Source of the DNA: Marsupella aquatica
Taxonomy: Eukaryota; Plantae; Marchantiophyta
Length of the DNA: 64,000 nucleotides
NCBI GenBank assembly: GCA_973895155.1
Contig: OZ316892.1
Coordinates: 1-64,000 of the forward strand
Reading direction: 5' to 3'
This document shows, in pieces, positions 50,001 to 59,561 of this stretch. Both the position numbers and the translations under genes were made by a program. A model generated the notes under the pieces. The model was not told the DNA's origin, did not search any database, and saw only the letters and a program-made list of their open reading frames with translations. Position 1 is the stretch's first letter. Every line of letters starts with the position of its first letter.

Positions 50001-52000
50001 ACAAAGTTGTACCCAACTTCTGTGTTGTTGACATCGTCGTAAATAGCACGACTCTCCTTAAGTAATTTGTCAACCCAATCTGTTCGGAGACCAAGAAGCA
50101 CATCACAATTTAAAATTGAGTGGGCTTCTTGAATAATAGCATGCACCATATCTCGAAAATTGTCGATTGTAATAGATTCACCATCAACTAGACATGCTGT
50201 ATTATTGGCATTCAATGGTACTAGTCTTGGCCATACTGGAGTCCCTACAGTAATCCTATTTGCCAAGCGCAGAGATTGCGATACAATAGTAAATGGAGTA
50301 GGTAGTGCTATGTCACTTAAATATTGAAGAAGTCGATCAGCTTCTTCATTAAGAATGGTGCTTGGGTTTTTATGCCAAAAACATTGTGCAAGGTGCATCA
50401 AAATGGTCGCCCTAGCCCAATATTTGAGTATCGCCATTGGTTGTGTAAGATGACGAACATGCCGAAATGAATACTCTTCTGCTTCTGGACTGTGGCCAAC
50501 TTTTATGAGTGAATGTAAAATAAGAAACCGAGTGAAAATACAGTTCGCTGCTCTTCCTGCTTCAAGTGTTGCAGGCATCTTTGGAGTCCAAAGATGAATC
50601 AACACATTATGTAGAACAGCTAAATCAACATTGTCAATAGAATTGTCATCTAATTCATTGAGTTGACTCATGAATTTTTGAAGAGCAATTTCCATTTCTT
50701 CTCTGTTTGTTTGAAAAACATGAATGTCCGAACTAAGCTCATTAGAAGATGATCGAAGCAAGCAGAGAATGAATTCTGTGATTATATCATAGTACCTACT
50801 CCTTGATGATTTTGAGTTCAATTGATTGAATCCCACTGCAACATCATCATTGATATTTGTCTTCTCCACTAGTCTTCTCAATCTGTAATCCACCTCTTTA
50901 AGAACCAAATCTTGTACATTGTTCATGTAGATAGTCACCACTTGACTGACATATGAGAGTGGAGATTTGCCCTGCTTTGGTGGTGGGAGCATCTGTGCTT
51001 TCACCTGCAAAAATGGTACCCCTTTTGGCATGAATTGGGCCGCAAGCTCATGCCATTTAGACTGTGCTAGCCATGGAGTTAGCTCAGCAATTGGAGGTAG
51101 AAGTTCTAACCGCAAAGACTGAAAATGGTCATCAAACTCCTTTGTGATTATAGCCCTCAAACTTTTAGATTGCAAGTGACAGTCATCCCCATCGAGATTG
51201 AGATTGTGATGTTGAACACCGAAGTATTTGAGGCCTATAACACGATCTGAGAGGATTTGAACTTGGCATTCACTCTTCACATTGACATAGGACAACTCAG
51301 GATGTTTTCTCAAACGATGATTGGACATTGACCTTTTCTCCCCACAATAGTAGATGCATTGTTTGCAAGAAAAGCCGTGTCGAATGACAACACCTGGTAC
51401 TGGAGAAAGCAATGCAGCTGGTGGATCTCTTGTATATGGTAATATGGATGTATCATCCATGCTTGTAAAAGAGAACTGTTGTAAGCTCCTCAATAGTTGA
51501 TGACTGTCGTAGTCTGATGCTATTCGATGACACCTTGATTTCTCCCGTTGATGCTTTTGAACATGATGAATGATATTGATATTTTCATTGTATATGAGTA
51601 CCGAATGACACTCTATACATACAAGGAAAACCAATTCCTCATGACGAACAACGCAGAGATTAACACTTCTCAAGATCTCTGGTGTACCAGAATGATCTGG
51701 TGTAATGCACAATCCTTCATTAACCGCCAAGTCGTGTGGATCAACAAATCTTTCGACTTGATTAACATGGATTGTGTCATAGTGTCGGCGAAGACTATCG
51801 CCGCGTGTGTAATACTGACAACACATATTATCGGGGCATGCGAACATCCCATTTTCAGACTTGTGGAGGATCTCCACAGTGCCATCGCAATGCTTGAATT
51901 TGAACGTCATCCTGTGCTCAAAACGTTTGTGAGCATCTCTTGCTCTTGCTGATTGAAAAATCTGCTCACACGCACTACATGGAAAAATGGTTGTCTCCAT
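47030..52000 (-). CDS. Zn-finger / tyrosine-recombinase-like / RecQ-type SF2 helicase fusion (1656 aa), telomere-linked-helicase-like
   Basis: Intact intronless ORF. N-terminal C2H2 fingers and a DUF3505/OrsD-like Cys/His region. Helicase motifs WRSTEQ, LPTGTGKS, VPFKSL, DEIH, LTATLPP, IVYCLTR, VATGVIG, QESGRAGRDG, then a CRR..C..CDIC Zn site and a Cys-rich C-terminus. First ATG at 52000 (the track start at 52024 is TTG). Confidence 0.88.
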   Translation of the reverse strand: METTIFPCSACEQIFQSARARDAHKRFEHRMTFKFKHCDGTVEILHKSENGMFACPDNMCCQYYTRGDSLRRHYDTIHVNQVERFVDPHDLAVNEGLCITPDHSGTPEILRSVNLCVVRHEELVFLVCIECHSVLIYNENINIIHHVQKHQREKSRCHRIASDYDSHQLLRSLQQFSFTSMDDTSILPYTRDPPAALLSPVPGVVIRHGFSCKQCIYYCGEKRSMSNHRLRKHPELSYVNVKSECQVQILSDRVIGLKYFGVQHHNLNLDGDDCHLQSKSLRAIITKEFDDHFQSLRLELLPPIAELTPWLAQSKWHELAAQFMPKGVPFLQVKAQMLPPPKQGKSPLSYVSQVVTIYMNNVQDLVLKEVDYRLRRLVEKTNINDDVAVGFNQLNSKSSRSRYYDIITEFILCLLRSSSNELSSDIHVFQTNREEMEIALQKFMSQLNELDDNSIDNVDLAVLHNVLIHLWTPKMPATLEAGRAANCIFTRFLILHSLIKVGHSPEAEEYSFRHVRHLTQPMAILKYWARATILMHLAQCFWHKNPSTILNEEADRLLQYLSDIALPTPFTIVSQSLRLANRITVGTPVWPRLVPLNANNTACLVDGESITIDNFRDMVHAIIQEAHSILNCDVLLGLRTDWVDKLLKESRAIYDDVNNTEVGYNFVIDPRNRILQQHGLDLLTHLFVDPKIRGHFILGRTDRNDVIWNDITLYKWMTACSDLQEKLNLLIHFTAGLPARGEEYNSFLIRNTATSERSFYWATAGPDDDPTTKLLEHHTIALFQTYHKGANTGAPMKPLIRFLPSSLRTLFLVYFCLVRPTQSYVAQKIWGKEVARNYDDCWFVDMDKKQDAHDLSKSIHNNFFKRCGVTFGLSEYRHLAAFFSEKIRDQRTQDLDDIVDVAGGHTTATMGHHYAQSVKDLRAIDGHLLRAFRIFTDKWHALLNLSDKSPRLIHLDCSTTGCREVTLDPFPRTTTVLRPRHDIELEIDHVPSKTRVVYCPAYGEPSTSVVGDVDSALHICHDTSIRASIALHKLGHKRWRSTEQAISVALAIENTVDFVTVLPTGTGKSLIFMAPSTLMDKTVIVVVPFKSLISGHLSECRKAGIGHTVFTSGFALGIGVTPAIVFVSIETAADSDTFGVFANHLQATQRLHSIVFDEIHTLQCHFRPKMRNLISLMKVPCQIIGLTATLPPTQQSDIELTLGSRLHWVRSSTVRPNIRYMVVEVPDMDGEIVRQLQDWKRSSLVHDRAIVYCLTRDEVQEMAKLLEARNLCCTFLHAGCSTADTVKTLKKWESKGCEIMVATGVIGSGYNYKSIRLVIHRGNFRSFEQFHQESGRAGRDGLLAISTVVSNSSYRNEALRMDSNFKIPNKWIEETKMCRRFALHASVDGKPQMCYLIPDAIPCDICSQAADNQELPMEYEAEELSQARSEVVEIVSQGSISQNIQGGQSVRVTAPGERTTPASSLGSSQGKGTTTTVVARARPTLIKQRIDEAMNKICIIRKFAGDRKKCLMCWSPLSKSVPHGILQCPYVRGRCVKCLGTHNRANCDNKFPSRPDTCFKCHFPHQPSGMRFHEGLYGDQCEDESGERLRLFVWKAWRFDNIQSDLFRAIPEIKGKSDQELCEWVVSTSPEALGNNFMRLVATIVRIKYPEFRCEN

Positions 52001-52009
52001 CGATCCTAG

Positions 52010-52300
52010 GGGTTGTGGGTTCAAGGGGAAGTTGTGTCTTGGGTTGGGTAGGTTGAGAGTTGTGTGTTGGGGGTTGAGTGAGTTGGGGATTTAATTTGTT
52101 GTAGAGTTGGGTGTTGGGGGTTCAGGAATTGGAAGTTGTGTCTTGGGTTGGGTAGGTAGACAGTTGTATGTTGGGGGTTGAGGGAGTTGGGGAGTTATGT
52201 GTTGGAGGTTGAAGGAGTTTGGAGTTTGGTTGTGGGTGGGGGTTGACATTGTGGGTTGGGGGAGTTGTGGGTTGGGAGTTGCCGGGGAAGTTGTTTGTTG
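52010..52300. repeat. G/T-rich telomere-like degenerate array immediately upstream of the helicase start
   Basis: Runs of GGGTTG, GAGTTGGG and GTTGTGTGTTGGGGGTTGAG; the reverse complement resembles 14452-15162. Confidence 0.8.
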
Positions 52301-52689
52301 GGATAGAGACAACCATGTTGTAAAAGATGGACAAGAAAGATGATAAAGAAAATCCAACACAAAAGGGAAAATCAACACTAAACCTTTGAACCTTTGATCC
52401 CTGAGTATAGACAGCCACAACAAGGGCAGACTGACACATTGGGCAGTCAGTTGTAAAAGATGGACAAGGAAGATGATAAAGAAAAGCCAACACTTAGTCT
52501 AGAAAGAGGGGAAATTCAGAGAAAATCTGGACTGTCAATAAGAAGAGATAGATGGGCAAGATCATGTGCAAGGACTTCAATTCAATCCAATCTTCAATGG
52601 AAAATCCCAGTTCTTACAATATACGGTTAACATAATTATGTATACAAATCATCATTCCTGCTTATATGTCACAAGTATCTCCTCGACAA

Positions 52690-52890
52690 GACAAGTCAAC
52701 AATAAATATCAACCTGCTTATCCGCCACAAGTATCTCCTCGATAGGACAAGCCAACAATAAATATCAACCGTGAAAAGTCAAAAATAAATGTTAGCCGTG
52801 GAAAGTACCTCCTTGACACGACAAGTCAACAATAAATATCAGCCATCGAAACAATAAATATTAGCATGGAAAGTCAACAATGAATGTTGG
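52690..52890. repeat. Degenerate short repeats (GACAAGTCAACAATAAATATCAACC)
   Basis: Five to six degenerate copies. Confidence 0.7.
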
Positions 52891-53890
52891 CCGTGGATTT
52901 TAAATGAACGGGCCAGATGCTTGTATACACACGACCACACCATCTTCTTCACGACCGCCACTACACTTGTTACAGGCCTCCAAAACAGCCACACAGCCGC
53001 TGCACTACGGCCGTAATGCGCCGATAATATATATAGGACTTCTGATTGCTGGTCTCATAGCTCGCAAGGTGCACTGTCAAATTCCCATAACGCCACGTTC
53101 GACTGGCTCAGCTCCGCTGTCAAGAACGATGGGCTTAGCCTTCTTAAGGTCGATCCACTTACGGTGACAATTCTCCGAGGAGAGCTCCTGGTCAAACTCT
53201 TGAGTGTCGTCCACCTTGAAGGAACCGGAGCTAACTCCTTTCCAGCTTCCTTTCTTCAACTGCGCATGGCCAGCCTGCTCTACTTTCAGCTTTCCAGATG
53301 CTACTGCGCGTCAGGGAGAGCACTATGGGTTGTGGGTTGGGCAAAGCCTTCCCTCAAATCCACAATAGTTTTGAATCCCTTTCCACCAGCCGGCTTAGCC
53401 CTGCCTCACTGATGTCCCCACCTCGCCAGAAAGCCACATTTTCATCCTTGTAAAGGGATCGTGCACTTTTGGAAGACCGAAGCCTAACGGGTGCAAGATT
53501 GGGGATATCAGCGGAACTAGGGATTCCCCGGAAAACCAGCATCCAGGCAAGGCATTCTTCAGTTTCAGCATCCTTTCCTGAGCTTCCAATCCTTGCTGAG
53601 AATCAAAGGGCAAGAGGGATTCCAGAGCCCACTCTAGTGTTTGATGCTATGGAATGACATCTAATTTTAGGGTCCCTAAACCCTAGTGACATCTATTTGT
53701 AGGAAAGAAGTCTTCATTGTTTACAAACTTGATTCATGCTTGTTTCATAGCAGTCCTTGTATTAATTAAAACATCAATGTGCTCTTAGTTAAGAAAACTA
53801 CTATTGGGGAATAAATGACCTTGCCATGAGTACTCTATTTGGATGGCAGTTTTTACTGCAAAAGTGAGGAGGTCTGGCTGGGATGGGACA

Positions 53891-54133
53891 TCATTGGGTT
53901 TGCGCATTCTTAAGCCATGAATTGCTGACTATTTTGTTCAAGATGACTCCAAAATTCAATGAATCCAGTATATACTAGATGGACTAGGTCTATGCAACTA
54001 GGATGGGAGACCTTTTAATATTCATTGGGTTTGCACATTCTTAAGCTATGAATTGCTGACTAGTTTGTTCAAGATGACTCCAAAATTCAATGAATCTAGT
54101 ATATACTAGATGGACTAGGTCTATGCAACTAGG
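53891..54133. repeat. Tandem duplication of about 131 bp
   Basis: CATTGGGTTTGC.CATTCTTAAGC...GGACTAGGTCTATGCAACTAGG occurs twice. Confidence 0.9.
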
Positions 54134-54628
54134 TTAGGTTTTCTCTTCTGACCATGTTGTCATTATTATAACAAAAATTAACAATCTTTATTTAGTCCAA
54201 TTTTAACTCACAAATTTCCAACCATACTTTAATAACCTATAATTAATTTTTATAGATAATTTTTGGTTACATGCATGAATGATCTTAGTGTACACATGAT
54301 ATATGACATTGAAATCTACAATTTATTATGTAACCCTAAGGATTATCATTGCAATGACAATAATTCTTTTGAATCCTTTGTATTTTATCTCATTCGTATC
54401 CTTGTTTGAAATGGTGTTGCAGAGTTCTTTTGGCTCTTCATGTCAACATAGAATCAAGGTGTAGGGTGAGCAATTGTAGTAGTGGATCAGATCTCTGCGT
54501 GGGCTCACGAACCTGAAGGTAGGGCTGGTGTCCATCCTATACACAGTGACACTTCCAATTCATTCCAATTACAACAAATATCTTTCCAGCATGTCAACTA
54601 AATTGCAATGTCTTATTGATTTGTAGGC

Positions 54629-55309
54629 ATGGCACGTAACAAGCAGAAGGCCAAGAAGCCTAAGACGGAGGTGAGCAACACACAGGTGTCTTGCACAGAT
54701 TGTGAGAATTTCTCCAAGAGTCAAGTGTACCAGAAGGCAGCTCATTGTTGTGCCATTTGTGATGATGGTGGGGGCTTGGTTATCTGTGATGGCCCATGCA
54801 CAAGACATTTCCACCTAAACCCTGAGTCTAACCTTGCTGTAGAGAACAATTGTCCAGGGGTGGGGCTCCCCTCTGCACACAAGGGAGCCTGGATGTGCAC
54901 TGATTGTGTAGAGAAGCAAGCTAAGTGTGCACAGTGTGGAAAGTTGGGGTCTTATGAGACCTTTGCTGATGCCGGACTAGTTGTTAGGAAATGCCCTGAC
55001 AGATTTTGCATAAGATTTTATTGTTTGTCATGTTTGCCTACTCATGCCACAGTCTGCCCACTTCATACATGCAAGGCATGTGGTGAGCATGATGATGAGT
55101 ATTGGACAGACATAGTCCATTGTGTTAGATGTCCCACAATGTGACATTTTCATTGTTTGAAGGACCTTCAAGCAGAAGGCTATGCTTGTGACAGAGAAAT
55201 CTATGATCACTCTGCACATGGCGTTGATCGATGGATCTTTTACTGTCATCGCCATCCGATTGATCCTACTTTGCATACTCCTGTCAGAGATCACATATCT
55301 TGGCTTTGA
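54629..55309 (+). pseudogene. Stand-alone EDM2/NSD-type composite PHD-finger gene (226 codons) with one premature TGA at 55142-55144
   Basis: CAICDDGGGLVICDGPCTRHFH...WMCTDC..KQAKCAQCGKLGS...C.RFYC..C...CPLHTCKAC...CVRCPT. The frame continues past the TGA as HFHCL...RWIFYCHRHPIDPTLHTPVRDHISWL*, matching the EDM2 PHD tail motif (IYC..H.ID..L.TPVRDH). Confidence 0.82.
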
Positions 55310-55960
55310 AGCTGAACGAAGTGGGTTGGTACAGTGCCCCTAATGTGGATGTATTGTTTGGAGATTACAGAGAGTTCATTTTTGATGAGAAGGGCCATTG
55401 AAATATTAGGCAACAGTTATCTTGTGCTTACATGTGGCTAGGTACATGCCACTAAAAACTTACCTTAAGCCTTCCATGATCTCTTCAGACTGAGCAATCA
55501 TTTTGAAAATTAATAAAATTATAAACTTATTGTTATGTGTCTATGAAGTATAAGGCTTTCGGATGACAAATTCTTAGTTTGTATAAATTCTTGATTCTGA
55601 TTCAATGGGTAGTCCTTCATTTATAACATACTTTATATGTATTATCACAAAACAATACTCAAGACACTATCTCCTTTTTGTATTCTGTGCAGTATCATTC
55701 ATATCAACATTTGTACAATATTGAAGCCAGACCCAAGAAAAGAAGTGACAACTGCTTTCGACAAATCAGTACTTTGGGAAGGTGAGTACCTAAACATCAA
55801 ATTTATTTCTTTCTGTCCTCCTAAATCTTAAATGGTTCATAAATCCAATGACAAAAGTTACAACTTACGGCATTTTGGTACTCAGATCTTAAATGGTTCG
55901 TGTACTATTTGACCGGAATTGTAATTTTTACTAAATAAATTATTTGTTCTTACATGGCAG

Positions 55961-57325
55961 ATGGGAAAAAGAAAGCATAATACTTTAAGAAAAAAAGAAT
56001 TGGGGGAAGATTTTTCTGTGGATGTATTTGCTACAGTGTGGGAAGACCTCAAAAAATTAGATACCGTAAAATTGAAGTTTGCACTTCATTGGATTCTATG
56101 TCATGACAACATTCTTGAACTTTTTGTTAAAAAAGTTCTTAAACTAGAGTCTTCAAGATTTTCAAGAACACTATTCTTGAATGGGTATCAAAATTGTAGA
56201 AGCCATATCATTCAGATCTTTCCTCCTGAGGTGTTCATTGAAATTGATGATATCTTTTTTCATCATGGTTTCAGACTAAAATTACCTCAACCTTTGAAAA
56301 ATTCAATTACTATGTTTTCTAATCTTGACATTAGAAAGCTTAAACTTTTTCAAAAAGAAAGAGATAATCTTTGTAGAAATGGAGGAACTTATGCTAAAGT
56401 TGAAGTAGACGTTCAACGTATTTCCTCTTCAAAACTAAAAACACTTACTGGTGTAATTTTAGGTGATTGGGATCAAACTACAACAACATTTACCTCTGAT
56501 CCAAACTTTATTTTCTTAAAATTTCCATCAGACCTCATTATCGTAGAAGAAAAGAAAGGATTTACCTATCTTTTTGATAGGTCTGGAGTCAAACCATATT
56601 TGATAGCAATGATATTCCATCAAGATATCCTATCACCTGATTCAATGGTCTTCATTCGAAGATTATTAGAACAATTACATGCTGCCCATCATGTTATCCA
56701 AAGAGGGAAAGGAAAAAGATCATGGGAAAGTAAGATGACAGGGTTTGGTCCTTTTCATAATCCTTACAAAAAAGATCAAAGTTGTGTATCTTTTTATACT
56801 CATGAACAAAAGATAAAGACATTCTTCAATCAAGATTGTCCCGATGCAGCCAATTTTGAAGACATGGTAGATAAATATTCTCATCGAGAGTTAATCGACA
56901 TTATTCTTGGACTCTACATGTGGTTATGTCCACAAATGTTAGACAGCTTTTTAGATTATTCTCATCCTTACTTATGTTCAAATGATTATAAGATGAACAT
57001 ATTTGAGAAAGCACTAAAATGTAAAGGTCCTAGTGCTTATCAATTATATATTAGTAAAGATTATTGTGTAGAAACTCATGCTGATCATGATACAGCAGAA
57101 TTTACTTTATGTTATGTTAGTCATCCTGATGCCAAGATTTCTCCTGAAAACTTTGTTATTCCAGAGTATGGAATATTATTACCTATTAGAGATGGTAATT
57201 TATTTTCATTTTGTAGTGACATTATCCATGGCACAAGATATAGAATTCCAACATCAAATTCTATATATGTAGGAGCTGTTACCATAAACAAAAAATTAGA
57301 TAGACTTTTACAAAGAAAACATTAA
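55961..57325 (+). CDS. TET/JBP-like Fe(II)-dependent dioxygenase, paralog 3 (454 aa)
   Basis: Intact ORF. SKMTGFGPF; YQLYISKDYCVETHADHD (His 57077); FVIPEYGILLPIRDGNLFSFCSDIIHGT (His 57227). The ATG follows GGCAG; putative exon 55693-55781 and intron 55782-55960. Confidence 0.72.
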   Translation: MGKRKHNTLRKKELGEDFSVDVFATVWEDLKKLDTVKLKFALHWILCHDNILELFVKKVLKLESSRFSRTLFLNGYQNCRSHIIQIFPPEVFIEIDDIFFHHGFRLKLPQPLKNSITMFSNLDIRKLKLFQKERDNLCRNGGTYAKVEVDVQRISSSKLKTLTGVILGDWDQTTTTFTSDPNFIFLKFPSDLIIVEEKKGFTYLFDRSGVKPYLIAMIFHQDILSPDSMVFIRRLLEQLHAAHHVIQRGKGKRSWESKMTGFGPFHNPYKKDQSCVSFYTHEQKIKTFFNQDCPDAANFEDMVDKYSHRELIDIILGLYMWLCPQMLDSFLDYSHPYLCSNDYKMNIFEKALKCKGPSAYQLYISKDYCVETHADHDTAEFTLCYVSHPDAKISPENFVIPEYGILLPIRDGNLFSFCSDIIHGTRYRIPTSNSIYVGAVTINKKLDRLLQRKH

Positions 57326-59199
57326 TAAAAAAGTAAATATATTATTTGTATTTATCATTATTTTTTATTACTTTGGACAAGTTAAAGTATGGATTCTTTA
57401 ATTTAAGGAATATAGGATCATAGGAAAATGTGTAAGAGTAGGAATCATGGCATCTTATGCTAGGAGTGGAAAAACCAGAGGGTTAAGAGGAGATGATGGT
57501 CCAACAAAGAAAAGCTTCTTCAAGAGGAGGAGGTGAAAAGGACCTAGACAGTAGTGAAAGTAAGAATCTCAATATCAAGTGGATAATTTTCCTCAACATA
57601 TCATACATCTCCCTTAAGTTCTTATAGAACCTTGAAAGGCCTATAAATACATCATCCATTTTGACACTCCCATCCACTACTAGGTGATTTATCTTGGAGA
57701 ATAGAATGAGAGTGGTATTCTTGACCAAGTATTCATCATGTTGGACCCTAGATATATCATTCATTTCATTTCATGACAATGAGCTTTAGAACCAATTTTC
57801 TAGAGGCAACTCAAAGGCTAGTTAGGACCTGATAGGCACAGTACCAATCCTAATATTTCTTCAAACCAAGTAAATAGTTTTTTTTTCTTTCAAAAAAACC
57901 ATAGAAACCCATGGGAAGGGGGGCCCAACAGGGCAATAAAAACCGAAGCAGCAAAATGCAAACTTGGTGAGACCAAAGGAGTCCAAAGGTGCGAGGGCTC
58001 AAAAGGAGGGAACAAGGTAGGAAAAAACACTAGTCAAAGGAAAATCCTGTAAGCTATGATTGTTTCAACTAGAAAGCCATGCATCCGAACGAGTAATCCA
58101 CCTAAGACGTTCCTTACTCACCAACTCTTTGACTCTTAATAATCTAGTATGTTTTCTACTAGGACCCGAGGCCTCATAAAGGCCATGCAAGGCATCCAAT
58201 ATTTCTGAAAGGAGGAGATTCAAGTTGAACCTTCTACTTGTCGTATAGCAATAAGTATCAAAAGTGTAATTTCTCACTTAAAACCAAGATTCTGATCCCT
58301 TAAAGAACGTATTTTGGTATGAATTGACTAACTTTCATCATTCTGAGTGATATAGAACTCATAGCTCTACACTTTCTTTACTTCTCAACAAAATAAAGTA
58401 AACAAAACATAAAAGTAACTTAACTTCAGATTTACAGACTAGAAAGGAAATGATTCCAGTTTTGGAGACTCTAGTAAATTATTGCCACACCTTCAGAAAG
58501 GACTTGGTCTCAATATAAGCACGCCTAAAGTCTCTCAACTCATCAATCTTTCTACTGAAGATACAAAATTGAACAGAGATGAAGTTCTAAATCTGATAAA
58601 CAAAGCAGCTTTTTGGTTGCAAATGTAATGATATGCCTTAAAATGCCATCAACACGGTTTGACATCAGTGTCACACAATTCAGTCGAACTCTAAGTCATA
58701 TTCCGGAACAAAGCAACTGTACTGAAAGCTCTGAGAATCAAATTTATTTCTCATTCATCAACAACTACTCTTGAATTGGCTAGCGAATCTTGACTCTACA
58801 AGCAAGCCTAGCAGTGAATTCAATACGAGTCTCAGAAGTCTGTAATTGAATTCAATCACCACAGGAATTCCTGAGTTTCAATCACAACTTCAAACAAATG
58901 TTGTTTCATTTCCATACAACGCACTCTCAACATGCCTTGTTACAATGGGAGGAGGGACTATTCAAAAGATCCAATTCTGAATAAAGTGTTGTCTCTGACT
59001 CTCTCTCTCCCTCTCTAGTTCAAATGAGCATCCTACTATGTCTTATAAGTGCTAAGGTCCTAAAATGAAGGAAATATGAAAAGCTATACCTGTTGAACTT
59101 GAACTAAGTATGAGGAAAGTATAGCATAAGTACTTAGAGGTCGGAAAATACTACTATATGGGTAATCTATTTTGAAAGTTAAATCTAAGTATCGGAAAT

Positions 59200-59410
59200 A
59201 AGGGACGCTTCTAAAAGCGTCTGGTGTGGATGGACGCTTCTGAGCGTCAAGTCAGAGTGGACGCTTTTAGAAGCGTCATGAGTTAAAGTACTTGGGAATA
59301 GTCGACGCTGCTGAAAGCGTCGGGAGTGAATCATTGGATAAGACTGGACATTTTTGGAAGCGTCGGTCAAAAAATGGTCGATGAGGGTAGACATTTTTGT
59401 TTAGCGTCCA
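59200..59410. repeat. Cluster of short hairpin-type inverted repeats GACGCT(T)-N4-6-(A)AGCGTC
   Basis: Perfect stems at 59204-59221, 59233-59248, 59260-59277 and 59303-59322, plus two degenerate ones. Confidence 0.85.
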
Positions 59411-59561
59411 GAATAGAACAAATGCTTGAAAAATGTTGAAAATAAACTGTCTTCCAAGAGGAATGGTAGAGATCATCATTCCACATAGCCCTCCACTGAA
59501 ATTTTGCCGTGTCCACACAAGACAACCACGCTTTGATTAAAGACCAGTGCTAGATTCTTCA

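Noticed and set aside
47030-52000. Helitron RepHel or ordinary host RecQ
   Set aside because: The helicase is SF2 DExH/RecQ-type rather than PIF1/SF1, and no HUH Rep motifs are seen. It is intronless, lacks an evident HRDC domain and has a long non-RecQ N-terminus, unlike plant RecQ genes.
58400-59100. 3' LTR and polypurine tract of the gypsy element
   Set aside because: The partner LTR is outside the window and no convincing PPT-TG junction was found.
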